From contig JASGJH010000001.1 of NCBI GenBank assembly GCA_047601445.1, positions 8,480,001 to 8,544,000 on the forward strand: a DNA stretch of 64,000 nucleotides. The letters are read 5' to 3'. Of this stretch, positions 1 through 9,073 are shown piece by piece (within the stretch, counting starts at the first letter, position 1; each line of letters begins with the position of its first letter). The stretch is from Myxococcales bacterium (lineage in GTDB: Bacteria > Myxococcota_A > Polyangia > Polyangiales > DASUME01). The notes below the pieces were generated by a model that did no database searches, was not told where the DNA came from, and saw nothing but the letters and a program-made list of their open reading frames with translations. The translations under genes were made by a program, and so were the position numbers.

Positions 1-596
1 ATCGTGGGCTTCGCCTTGGCCGGGGGCGGCATAGGCGCGAGCTCTCGCGGCGCCTCGGGCACACGCTTGGTGAAGCTCGCGAGCGTAAGGCTCTCGTCGC
101 ACTCTGGACTGCCCTCTCCACACTCGGTTCTGATTAGTTTCCAGGCGCCGTCCAGCTTGCGAAATAGTGAGCTGTAGGCGTACATCGCTGCGTCGTCATC
201 TCGCCTTCCAGGGTTGTGCGACTGCGTCAGGACCCGCGCCCAGTCCCCGACGCGATGAAACGACAGCATGGTCGTCTCGATCGGCTCGTTCGGTCGCGAG
301 AAGGCCGCACGCACCAACTCCATCATCGCGTCGTACTCGTTGGGTGGTCCATCGGGTGGCGCGGAACCGAGCGTAGTGAACGCCGATGCCTGCACAGGTG
401 CCGGCGCAGGCGGCGTCGTCGGCGCGCGTGCTGACTCCGCTGGCGGCGTGGCCGTCTGTGCTGCGGTTTGGGCAGGTGTTGCCTCGTCGGTGTTCCGAGG
501 GCTGCACGCGAGCGCGAGGCTCGCGAGCGCTATCGGGCCCACACCCAGCGAGAGGCTGGTGAAAGTCCGAACGAAGATAGATCTGCGCGGTTGCAT
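1..596 (-). CDS. Putative lipoprotein, Pro/Ala-rich; 3' end outside window
   Basis: My translation from ATG 596: MQPRRSIFVRTF...LASLALAC (lipobox-like), then a Pro/Ala/Thr linker; open to the window edge; GGAG upstream. Confidence 0.6.
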   Translation of the reverse strand, partial: MQPRRSIFVRTFTSLSLGVGPIALASLALACSPRNTDEATPAQTAAQTATPPAESARAPTTPPAPAPVQASAFTTLGSAPPDGPPNEYDAMMELVRAAFSRPNEPIETTMLSFHRVGDWARVLTQSHNPGRRDDDAAMYAYSSLFRKLDGAWKLIRTECGEGSPECDESLTLASFTKRVPEAPRELAPMPPPAKAKPT

Positions 597-623
597 GCGG
601 CTCCCTTGCTCGACGTCGGAGTC

Positions 624-1007
624 TCAGGTGTACAGTGTGCCTTCTTGGACAAAGCACAGCTCGTTGCTCCACGGATCGGTGACGTAGAACGAACGCTCGC
701 CCCAAGGTCGCCTCACGATGGCGCCGGCCGGTTCGCCGTGGACCATGAACGACGCGAGTGCCTTCAGCTCCTTCGCTCGCGTGTGCACCGGCTCGAGTTC
801 GTCGACCGCGAAGTAGAGCGATTTGGCGCCAGGATTCGGCTTGATGCCGCCGGGCGTCGGATCGAAGACCGCGAGGATGACGCCGCCAATGTCGAAGTAG
901 TGGCGTGAGCCCGGACGTCGCTGGCCCGGGATGCCGAGGAGCTCGGCGTAGAACTTGGCCGCTTCGTCGAGGTTCGAAACCTCGAGGTTGATGCGGAAGA
1001 TCTTCAT
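624..1007 (-). CDS. VOC/glyoxalase family protein
   Basis: MKIFRINLEVSNLDEAAKFYAELLG...PWGERSFYVTDPWSNELCF; AAGGA RBS upstream. Confidence 0.85.
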   Translation of the reverse strand: MKIFRINLEVSNLDEAAKFYAELLGIPGQRRPGSRHYFDIGGVILAVFDPTPGGIKPNPGAKSLYFAVDELEPVHTRAKELKALASFMVHGEPAGAIVRRPWGERSFYVTDPWSNELCFVQEGTLYT

Positions 1008-1240
1008 CTTGTTTCCTTTCATTGTCGTGTCGTCAGAGGCCGAACGCGGGCCTGGCGGGAAAAAGGATGGGTCGTGATACAACGAATCCGGCCTTCGCGG
1101 TACCGGCACCACAGCAGGGTGATCGCGGGGTGATCCCTCGGGAGCGTGCACGACGTGTGGCGCTCCCGTTCGGACAACATCACTTGCTTGTTACTCTGTG
1201 CCGCGAGCGAACGATCTAGCTTCCGTGCTCGGAGGCAACG

Positions 1241-1774
1241 ATGCAGAGAGCACGCAACGCGGTTACGCTGGCAAACGTTCTGAGCAGTCTGGCTGTGGTG
1301 ATCGCGATCTGCGTGCTCGGAGCACCAGGCGGTGCATCAGCCCAATCGACCTTTACCGTCACCGTGGACAGCTTTCAGAACTACACGGTCAATGGAGCGC
1401 CCGATCCGACGCTGACGCTGACGCGTGGTCAGACCTACCAGTTCGTCGTCAACAGTCCCGGGCACCCGTTCTACATCAAGACGGCCGCCGTCACGGGCAC
1501 GGGGAGTACCTACGATACCGGGGTGACCGGCAACGGCGCGACCAGCGGTACCATCACCTTCACGGTCCCGGTGAGCGCGCCGAACCAGCTCTTCTACCAG
1601 TGCAGTGTTCACAGCGCGATGTCGGGCGTCATCAACGTCGTGAACGCGGCGGCCGCAAATCCCGTCCCCGGCGTCGGTCCCGGGGCGACCCTGCTGACCG
1701 CCGCGGGACTCGTGGCGCTCGCCTGGTTCTTCATGGGCCGCCGAGGCTGGACCTACGCGAGCCGCCGTTCCTGA
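1241..1774 (+). CDS. Secreted cupredoxin-like protein with C-terminal membrane anchor
   Basis: Signal peptide ending ASA-Q; HPFYI and YQCSVHSAM (His/Cys/His/Met type-1 copper-like ligands); VPGVG + hydrophobic stretch + RR tail. Confidence 0.65.
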   Translation: MQRARNAVTLANVLSSLAVVIAICVLGAPGGASAQSTFTVTVDSFQNYTVNGAPDPTLTLTRGQTYQFVVNSPGHPFYIKTAAVTGTGSTYDTGVTGNGATSGTITFTVPVSAPNQLFYQCSVHSAMSGVINVVNAAAANPVPGVGPGATLLTAAGLVALAWFFMGRRGWTYASRRS

Positions 1775-1793
1775 GGCGTCCGCGCGGTCGCGG

Positions 1794-2954
1794 CTAGAAG
1801 AGCATCGTCTCGTCGCAGACGAACTCGAGGTTGATCGAGCCGCCTTCGCTCTCCGCGAACGTGCAGGCCATCGGGCACAGCAGAACCTGCTTCGGATCGT
1901 CCGGATTGTCGTAGTACCAACCCTTGTCGCTGCCGCAGTCTGCCATCGAGGCCTTGCGCATGAAGGGGGTCGTGGTGCCATTCAGGGAGTGCAGAACGTT
2001 GACCTTGGTGCGGTCGTAGGTCTCACCGCCGGTCGGTTCTGGAATGTCGTATTCGCAGGGGATCACCGCCGTCTTCTGAATGCTGTTCTCGATCGCGGTG
2101 AACGTCGGGCTCCAATCGGCTTCGCAGATCGATTTCTGCACGCCACCGGTGGCCTTGGCACCGTCGATGTAGACCGTGCCCGGTCGCGTCGACGTCGCGC
2201 AGTGCTCGGGCGGATCGACGATGGCGTGGACCGTGTACTTGCGCCCTTTGACCAGGGTGTCCATTTGGCTCTTGAAGTCCGCCCAGCTCATCACGTCGTT
2301 GTCGTCCGTGACCATGATGAAGTGCAGCGCCGCGTCGGGACGCAGCATGGACGAGTAGGACGAGAAGGACCCCACGGCGGGCGTGTAGCAGACGTTGAAC
2401 GTCACGGCGTCTACGGCAAGGAAGCGAGCCGGTTCGAGGCCGAGCGTCTTGGCATCCCATGCGGCTGCGGGCGCATTGAGCACCACGATGTGATAGTCGA
2501 GCCCCGCCTTGACCAAGGACATCGCGAACGACGCCATGTTCTGCTGGACGCGCATGATGTCGTCGAGCATTGAAAACGAGTCGTCGATCACCCACACGAT
2601 GTCCACGGGGGCCGAGCGTGCGACGCCATCGCCGTGGGCTGTGTTGCACGCGCCGCTGTCGCTGACGAACTTGCCGGGGTTGTCAGCACACGCCTTGACG
2701 CCCTCGCAGTCGCTGTCGTCGCAGTCGCTCAGGCCATCGTCGTCGTTGTCTTTGCCGTCGTTGCACTGCTTGGCAGTTTCCTTTGCGTCACTCAGGTCAC
2801 CATCCCCATCCCCACCACCATCGCGTGAGCTTCCGGGATAGTCCGGCACGACGGTGCCTGGGTTCGGGTCTGCAGAGCAGGCCCCGGCGAGTAGCAAGGA
2901 CAGCATGGTGAGCTTGAACACAGGGCGCGGCGAACGCATCTGAAAGTAAGGCAT
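1794..2954 (-). CDS. vWA-domain lipoprotein
   Basis: Lipobox LAGAC; DNDDDGLSDCDDSDC repeat; MIDAS-like VIDDSFSM; MVTDD; Cys-rich C-terminus. Confidence 0.75.
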   Translation of the reverse strand: MPYFQMRSPRPVFKLTMLSLLLAGACSADPNPGTVVPDYPGSSRDGGGDGDGDLSDAKETAKQCNDGKDNDDDGLSDCDDSDCEGVKACADNPGKFVSDSGACNTAHGDGVARSAPVDIVWVIDDSFSMLDDIMRVQQNMASFAMSLVKAGLDYHIVVLNAPAAAWDAKTLGLEPARFLAVDAVTFNVCYTPAVGSFSSYSSMLRPDAALHFIMVTDDNDVMSWADFKSQMDTLVKGRKYTVHAIVDPPEHCATSTRPGTVYIDGAKATGGVQKSICEADWSPTFTAIENSIQKTAVIPCEYDIPEPTGGETYDRTKVNVLHSLNGTTTPFMRKASMADCGSDKGWYYDNPDDPKQVLLCPMACTFAESEGGSINLEFVCDETMLF

Positions 2955-3164
2955 GAGCACCTCAAAGACCTAATTGCGGAGAGCGGCTCGAAATCCACTG
3001 GTGAAAACCAGACCTAGTGGAATGGCCGAGCAGACACTCAGCCGTGAACAAATCTACGACGAATCACCGACTCGGCGCCATCCACACGAGCATCACCCAC
3101 CTCGTGACGTTTCTGGCGCGCGAGATCCCGTGCGGCGAGAACGCCCGCTCACCAGGCGCTCGCC

Positions 3165-3193
3165 TTGACGTATTTAACGATTCGGTTAAATAC
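3165..3193 (+). promoter_or_regulatory. Promoter/operator of the ArsR-SRPBCC pair
   Basis: TTGACG at 3165-3170 adjoining a perfect inverted repeat GTATTTAAC-N6-GTTAAATAC (3170-3193). Confidence 0.7.
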
Positions 3194-3220
3194 TAGCCAG
3201 AACCTCGCTGGAGCCCGCCG

Positions 3221-3628
3221 ATGCACGCACAGCCCTTGCTCGATGCCACCTTCGCCGCCCTTGCCGACCCGACGCGGCGCGCCATCGTGGCGCGCTTGGC
3301 AGAGGGCGATGCCACGGTGCTCGAGCTCGCCGAACCATTCCAGATCAGCCTGCCGGCCATCTCGCGGCACCTCAAGGTACTGGAGCGCGCGGGCCTCATC
3401 ACACGCGGGCGCGATGCACAGCGCAGGCCCTGCAGCCTGCGCGTCGACTCGCTGCGCGAGGTCGCGGAGTGGACCGAGCACACGCGCCGCGCGTGGGAGG
3501 CACGCTTCGAGCGCTTGGACGAGTACCTGCGCGAGCTGCAGAGCGCGCCAAGCACGAAATCGACGAAGCCGCAGACGAAGAAAGCCGTAAAACAGGAGGG
3601 ACGCGATCATGGACGCAAGACACGCTGA
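3221..3628 (+). CDS. ArsR/SmtB family transcriptional regulator
   Basis: FAALADPTRRAIVARL...ISLPAISRHLKVLERAGLI. Confidence 0.9.
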   Translation: MHAQPLLDATFAALADPTRRAIVARLAEGDATVLELAEPFQISLPAISRHLKVLERAGLITRGRDAQRRPCSLRVDSLREVAEWTEHTRRAWEARFERLDEYLRELQSAPSTKSTKPQTKKAVKQEGRDHGRKTR

Positions 3629-4097
3629 AGCCGAGCTGCCGAAGGCAGTGCTCGACCGAGAGATTGTGCTGTCGAGGGTGTTCGATGCACCGCGTGAGCT
3701 GGTGTTTCGCGCATGGACCGAGCCCGAGCACTTCGCGCGCTGGTTCGGCCCCAAGGGCTTCCGTATCGTCATGCACGAGCACGATGCCCGCGTGGGCGGA
3801 CGCGTGCGCTTCGACATGATTGGACCGGACGGCACGCGCTACACGAACCGCATGGACTATCTCGAGATCACGCGCCCCGAGCGCCTGATCTACGAGCACG
3901 GTTCGGACACGGACGACGACGCGAACAAGTTCCACGTGACCATCACCTTCGACTCGCAGAGCGATGGCAAGACGGTGGTCACACTTCGGCAGCTGCACCC
4001 GAGCAAGGCGCGGCGCGCGCTGGTCATCGGCTTCGGCGCGGTCGAGCTCGGCTATCAGACGCTGGACAAGCTGGCCGCCCATTTGCGCGAGATCTGA
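3609..4097 (+). CDS. SRPBCC/AHSA1 domain protein
   Basis: REIVLSRVFDAPRELVFRAWTEPEHFARWFGP; overlaps the ArsR gene, a typical pairing. Confidence 0.9.
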   Translation: MDARHAEAELPKAVLDREIVLSRVFDAPRELVFRAWTEPEHFARWFGPKGFRIVMHEHDARVGGRVRFDMIGPDGTRYTNRMDYLEITRPERLIYEHGSDTDDDANKFHVTITFDSQSDGKTVVTLRQLHPSKARRALVIGFGAVELGYQTLDKLAAHLREI

Positions 4098-4117
4098 GCG
4101 GGCAGGCGGCTTCGCGG

Positions 4118-5482
4118 CTACGCCAGTGCGAGGGGCGGGAGCTGGTAGTCGCCGTCGAGGATCGCTGCACTGGGCTGGTAGGTGCGCAAGGTCAGGCTGA
4201 AGGCGCCTTGGGGCGCCGGCAGCCAGTTGCTGGTGCCTTCGGCCGGCGGGGCGTTTTGGATTTGGATTTCCAAACTGCCGTCGGCTCCGTACGTGAGGCC
4301 CTCCGTACGATCGTGGATGGCGTAGCGGTTGATGGGGTTGTCGACGAGGAAGAAGTTGGCCCCGTACAGGGTGAGTGACCAGAAGGCGCCGACGGGCGGC
4401 AGCTGACCGGCCGGAAAGCGCAGGCGATAGCGGTTTTGGCCGCTGAGCGGTGCCCCAGCGAGATTGTTGGCACTGAAGTACAGCGCCTCGTCTCGCACGT
4501 GGAAGCCCGGACCGTAGAGCACACTGCCTGCGCGCAAGACCGGATCGGTGATGAACGGCACGACCTCTTGGTTGACGCGCCAGCCGTTGACCACGGTCGC
4601 GGCGCTGGCGAGCCCTTGCTTCACGCGCGCGAGACCAGGTGCCACGGCCGAAGCGAGCAACGCGCGCAGGTCGTCGTTGCGAATCTTGCGACCCGGACCA
4701 ATCCCCACGCGCGCGAGGCGGAACAGAGCCCACCACTCCGACGGCAGCGGTGGATACTCGCGAATCAGGCCGTTCAGCTCGTCGAAGTACGACGCGCCTT
4801 CGCCCGACAAGTCGAGCGCGGGGAACACGTTCAGTGACTCGGTGCGCGGCTCGCTCGCGACGCGCCCGTGCGGATACTGCGAGAGCGCCCCAAGCGTGTA
4901 GCTCTGGTGCACCGCGCGCGAGGCTTCGAGGTCGGCATGGCCGCGCACCAGGGTACGCACGAGCGCGAGCACCTTGCTGGTCGGTGCCTTGATCTGCGTC
5001 ACGCCCCGCGGGATGCGTCCCCAATACCCGGGTGGCGTGAGCGCAAACGCGCCTGCTTTGGTGCCGGTGGTGCGACGTCCGATGTACGCGAAGCTGTTGC
5101 CATAGAGATCAAGCAGCTGAATCGAATAGTAGCGGTCGTTCGTGTCCGGTACGGCGATCACCTGTGGCGCTGCGTCGAGGTCGAGCCACGCGAAGCCGTA
5201 CAGCGTGTCGACGTTGGGCCCCACTGCACGGGTCTGCGGGGTCGCCAGATCCAAGCTGAGCTGGAAGCGATTGAACGGTACGCCCGCGTCGCGTGCGATC
5301 TGGATGTAGCGCGACAGAAGTACGGGCGGGATGCCCCAGATGAAGGCGTCCTCCGCGATCTGCTCCAGGCTGGATCCGGCCGAGCTGTCGGCGCGCGCCG
5401 TCGCGAATGGAAGCAGCGTGGAAGCGCCCACGAGGCTCGAACCAATCAAGAAGTTGCGTCGAGAAAAATCCTGTTGCGACAT
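4118..5482 (-). CDS. Tat-exported DUF1254/DUF1214 protein
   Basis: SRRNFL twin-arginine signal; PNVDTLYGFAWLDL; FWSLTLY; NWLPAP. Confidence 0.85.
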   Translation of the reverse strand: MSQQDFSRRNFLIGSSLVGASTLLPFATARADSSAGSSLEQIAEDAFIWGIPPVLLSRYIQIARDAGVPFNRFQLSLDLATPQTRAVGPNVDTLYGFAWLDLDAAPQVIAVPDTNDRYYSIQLLDLYGNSFAYIGRRTTGTKAGAFALTPPGYWGRIPRGVTQIKAPTSKVLALVRTLVRGHADLEASRAVHQSYTLGALSQYPHGRVASEPRTESLNVFPALDLSGEGASYFDELNGLIREYPPLPSEWWALFRLARVGIGPGRKIRNDDLRALLASAVAPGLARVKQGLASAATVVNGWRVNQEVVPFITDPVLRAGSVLYGPGFHVRDEALYFSANNLAGAPLSGQNRYRLRFPAGQLPPVGAFWSLTLYGANFFLVDNPINRYAIHDRTEGLTYGADGSLEIQIQNAPPAEGTSNWLPAPQGAFSLTLRTYQPSAAILDGDYQLPPLALA

Positions 5483-5534
5483 GTTCGTCCTTGGATTGAG
5501 GAAACGCGAGCGCGCGTGCCCGCGCCACGCCTGA

Positions 5535-5550
5535 AGCAGCCCGCGTGCCA
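5535..5550 (-). promoter_or_regulatory. Candidate sigma54 (-24/-12) promoter
   Basis: Minus strand TGGCACGCGGGCTGCT (GG-N10-GC) about 50 bp upstream of the DUF1254 start. Confidence 0.55.
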
Positions 5551-5806
5551 GTCGCGCTTGCCGCTGGAGTCGCAGAAAAGTGCAACGACATGCGCACGCA
5601 GAGTGCAAGGTGCCGTGCATCGTCACGGGCACCAGCGCAGCTCACGGGACAGCCGTGCGATGCGCGGGGAGGCCGTTCAGGGGGCATGGTCCTTGGGCTG
5701 CGGGAAGGGCTCCCACAGCATGCTGACAGAATCTGTCAGTGGACGGATTCTAGGCTGTTTTTGCGCAGAATCCACGGATCGTGGGCGCGTCTGGGAGGAC
5801 TACGTC

Positions 5807-6760
5807 ATGCCAAGCTTCAGTATTCGCAAGCCTCGTGGGTTCGCCTTGCGCGCCGCACGCGAGTTCTACGCCGACTTCGTGCCTGGCAGCGGCATGGCGG
5901 CCGCGGGGACGAGCGACGACGAGTTGCGGCTGGTGTTCCGACTCGACCGCAGTTTCGAGGCGGTGGGCGTGGTCCTGCGCGAGTCGGGCGCTGAGCTCGT
6001 CGCGGACTACGTGGGCACGCACGACGAGCCGGTGGTGCGCGCGCAGGTGTCCCGCATGCTGGGCCTCGACGCCGATGCGGAGGCGTGGCTGACGCTGGGA
6101 GCGAAGGTGCCCTTGGTGGGCAGGCTGCAGGCCGCCTTTCCAGGCTTCTTCACGGCCGCCAAGGCGTCCCCCTACGACGCGGCCGTCTGGGGCTTGATCT
6201 CGCCGCGACTGCAGCAGAAACAGGCCGCCAAGCTCAAGCTCGGCCTGGCGGCGCAGTACGGAGACGTCGTGACGCTAGGTGCCGTCGCGTATCCCGTGTT
6301 CCCGGCCCCCGAGCAGGTGCTCGCGATTGACAAGGCCCCAGGCATCTCGGAGGAGAAGCTGCTCCGCCTCAAAGGCGTGGCCCAGGCAGCGCTGGCGGGC
6401 AAGCTCGACGCGGAACGCTTGCGCGCCCTGCCGCCTCACCAGGCCTTGGAGCTCCTCCAAACGCTGCCTGGCGTGGGCCCCTGGACTGCGAGCCATATCC
6501 TCTATCGCGGCGCGGCACCCATCGATGCGCTCCCTACGGCCGAGCCCCGCGTCTTGCATGCGATCGCCGTCGCCAGTGAGCGCGCCGCCCTCTCCCTGTC
6601 GGAGTATCAGCAGGTGACCGAGAGCTGCCGACCGTTTCGCATGTGGGTCTGCGTGCTAGCGATGCGCCTGCTCGCGCGCGTGGGCCTGTGGAACAAGCCC
6701 GAGTACGGACGCGAGCGCGCCGCAGCAGGACGTGCGCTGCGGGCGGGCTCATCGGGCTAG
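5807..6760 (+). CDS. AlkA-like DNA-3-methyladenine glycosylase (HhH-GPD)
   Basis: LQTLPGVGPWTA helix-hairpin-helix; GGAGG RBS before ATG 5807. Confidence 0.8.
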   Translation: MPSFSIRKPRGFALRAAREFYADFVPGSGMAAAGTSDDELRLVFRLDRSFEAVGVVLRESGAELVADYVGTHDEPVVRAQVSRMLGLDADAEAWLTLGAKVPLVGRLQAAFPGFFTAAKASPYDAAVWGLISPRLQQKQAAKLKLGLAAQYGDVVTLGAVAYPVFPAPEQVLAIDKAPGISEEKLLRLKGVAQAALAGKLDAERLRALPPHQALELLQTLPGVGPWTASHILYRGAAPIDALPTAEPRVLHAIAVASERAALSLSEYQQVTESCRPFRMWVCVLAMRLLARVGLWNKPEYGRERAAAGRALRAGSSG

Positions 6761-6946
6761 GGGCGGTTCCCCCGGTGGACATCACAGCGCGCGAAACAAA
6801 CCGCATGGCCACAAAGCCTCGCGCGCTGGCTTCTTCTAGCGAGTGCGCGCACAGTGCGCCGGCGATCCCGTGGCCGCGATGTAGCGCCGTCCGTCGGTGC
6901 TGCGAGCCCTGCTGGGCGGTCTCGTAGGCGCACCGGCGACACGGAA

Positions 6947-9010
6947 TCAGGCGCCGAACGCGGGATCGCTGACGCTGTCCTTGCCGGTCTCCACGTGGCC
7001 AGCGAGTTGACGCAGGAAGCTGTCCTGCTCGACCTCGAAGGTGAGGTCGTACCATCCCTGGGTGGAGGGCCAGCTCTGCTGCCAGGTGTCGCCGGCGCGC
7101 AGTACGCGGCTGGCGCTGCGGCGCGAGTAGGCGTCGAAGACGGAGACGGTCTTGTTGGCGCGCGTGAGGTTCTTGAGCTGAATGATCAAGTCGTCGCCTT
7201 GATAGCGACTCTCGAGGGAGAGCACCGGCACAGGGCCGCCTGCGTACCTGCGGAAGAAGCCGTTGGGGCCGTAGACCGAAAGGTCATAGGCGGCGCTCAG
7301 TCCCTCACCGACGAGCTGCCAACTATCGCTCAGCTGCCGACGCGATTCGACCGTGTAGGTCCAGGGCCCGTTGCTGTCGAGTACCGAGCGCACCTGGAAT
7401 ACCGCGGCCGCGCGGCCGCTGTTTCGGAACTGCAGCGCGAACCGTCCGGCCGCTGCTGCCAGCTCACCGTCGACGTCGAGCTCATAGGGAAGGGCGCGCG
7501 CCGGGCGCTGACCGCGCTCTTGCTTGGGGAGGACACCCGTTGCAGGCGGCGTGGGTACATAGTCGGGATGGCGTTGATCGTCGGTGGGCTCGTAGGCGTC
7601 CGTGGGCGGCAGACTCGGCCAGCTCGTGCTCTTGCCAGGGTCGGCGCGGAAGTCGAAGGCCGAGGTGAGATCGCCGGTGACCGCGCGCCGCCACTTGGTG
7701 ATGTTGGGCTCGATGATGCCGCGGTGCGAGTCCGAGAAGCGGCGCTCGATGAACTTGACCAACGACGTGTGATCGAAGACCTCCGAGTTCACGTAGCCGC
7801 CTCGGCTCCAGGGCGAGATGACGAACATCGGCACGCGCATGCCCAGACCCAGCGGTCCGCTGACACGCTTCGAGTCGCCGCCGTAGATCTCGTAGGCAGT
7901 CTCCACCGTGGACAAGCCTTCGGCGCGCGTGGCCGGCGGCGTGGGTGGCACCATGTGATCGAAGTAGCCGTCGTTTTCGTCGTACATCACGAAGAACGCG
8001 GTTTGACTCCAGAGTTCTGGATCCTCGGTGAGGATGTCGAGCACCTGCGAGACGTACCAGGCGCCGTAGTTCGCCGGCCAGTTGGAGTGCTCGGTGTACG
8101 CTTCAGGCGCAGCGATCCATGACACCTGCGGGAGCTTTCCGGCGCGTACGTCTGCGCGCAGATCGTCCAGCAACTCGTCGCCGGCGAGGACGTTGCTGCC
8201 GCGGCGCGCGCCCTCATAGAGCGGGCTGCCGGGCTGTGCGTTCTGGTACTGATGGAAGTAGAGCAGTGAGTTGTCGCCGTAGTTGCCGATGTAGGCGTCG
8301 TCGCCCCAACCCCAGAAATGAGCGGCGTCGAGACCGGAGCCGACATCCTGGTAGACCTTCCACGAGATGCCCGCGTTCTGCAGACGCTCGGGATAGGTGG
8401 CCCAATCGTAGCCTGCTTCGGAGTTGTCGAGCACCGGCCCGCCGTTGCGACCGTCGTTGCCGACCCAGCCCGTGAACATGTGATAGCGGTTGGGATCGGT
8501 CGCACCGAGGAAGGAGCAGTGGTACGCGTCGCAGATCGTGAACGCGTCCGCCAGCGCGTAGTGGAACGGGATATCGTCGCGCCGGAAGTACGTCATCGTG
8601 TTGGTTCCCTTGGCAGGGATCCACTGATCGTACTTGCCGCGGTTCCATGCCTTGTGGGTGTCAGGCCAATCGTGAGGCGTGCCTTGCATGAACTGCATGC
8701 CCAGGTTCGGCGCCGTCGGATGGTAGGGAAGGATCGTCTTGTCGCCTTGCTTTTGGTACCAGACGGGATTCCCCGAGGGCAGCTGCATCACGTGTCGGTC
8801 GCCGAAGCCGCGCACGCCGCGCAGCGTGCCGAAGTAGTGATCGAACGAGCGATTCTCCTGCATCAAGATCACGATGTGCTGGACATCCGCGATCGTGCCC
8901 GTGCGGCGACGCGGCGGGATCGATAGAGCGCGGGAGATGCTCGGCGGAATCACGCCAGCGATGGAGCTGGCCGCCAGAAACTGTAGAAACTTGCGACGAT
9001 CGTGCGTCAT
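6947..9010 (-). CDS. Phospholipase C, phosphocholine-specific type (phosphoesterase + DUF756), Tat-exported
   Basis: RRKFL signal; HIVILMQENRSFDHYFGTLRGVRGF; YDENDGYFDH; GWYDL C-terminus. Confidence 0.92.
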   Translation of the reverse strand: MTHDRRKFLQFLAASSIAGVIPPSISRALSIPPRRRTGTIADVQHIVILMQENRSFDHYFGTLRGVRGFGDRHVMQLPSGNPVWYQKQGDKTILPYHPTAPNLGMQFMQGTPHDWPDTHKAWNRGKYDQWIPAKGTNTMTYFRRDDIPFHYALADAFTICDAYHCSFLGATDPNRYHMFTGWVGNDGRNGGPVLDNSEAGYDWATYPERLQNAGISWKVYQDVGSGLDAAHFWGWGDDAYIGNYGDNSLLYFHQYQNAQPGSPLYEGARRGSNVLAGDELLDDLRADVRAGKLPQVSWIAAPEAYTEHSNWPANYGAWYVSQVLDILTEDPELWSQTAFFVMYDENDGYFDHMVPPTPPATRAEGLSTVETAYEIYGGDSKRVSGPLGLGMRVPMFVISPWSRGGYVNSEVFDHTSLVKFIERRFSDSHRGIIEPNITKWRRAVTGDLTSAFDFRADPGKSTSWPSLPPTDAYEPTDDQRHPDYVPTPPATGVLPKQERGQRPARALPYELDVDGELAAAAGRFALQFRNSGRAAAVFQVRSVLDSNGPWTYTVESRRQLSDSWQLVGEGLSAAYDLSVYGPNGFFRRYAGGPVPVLSLESRYQGDDLIIQLKNLTRANKTVSVFDAYSRRSASRVLRAGDTWQQSWPSTQGWYDLTFEVEQDSFLRQLAGHVETGKDSVSDPAFGA

Positions 9011-9073
9011 GGGAAGAAGCCTCCGGAATGAGCTGAGTTCAGACGTTTGTCGGGTGCGGTCGCCGACGGCGCA

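Noticed and set aside
3399..5024. 541-aa minus-strand ORF
   Set aside because: Alternate-frame shadow of the DUF1254, SRPBCC and ArsR genes; Arg/Ala-rich with no motifs
4868..5806. N-terminal 310 aa of the 630-aa ORF as an AlkA fusion
   Set aside because: Overlaps DUF1254 antisense; the real start is ATG 5807 with a GGAGG RBS
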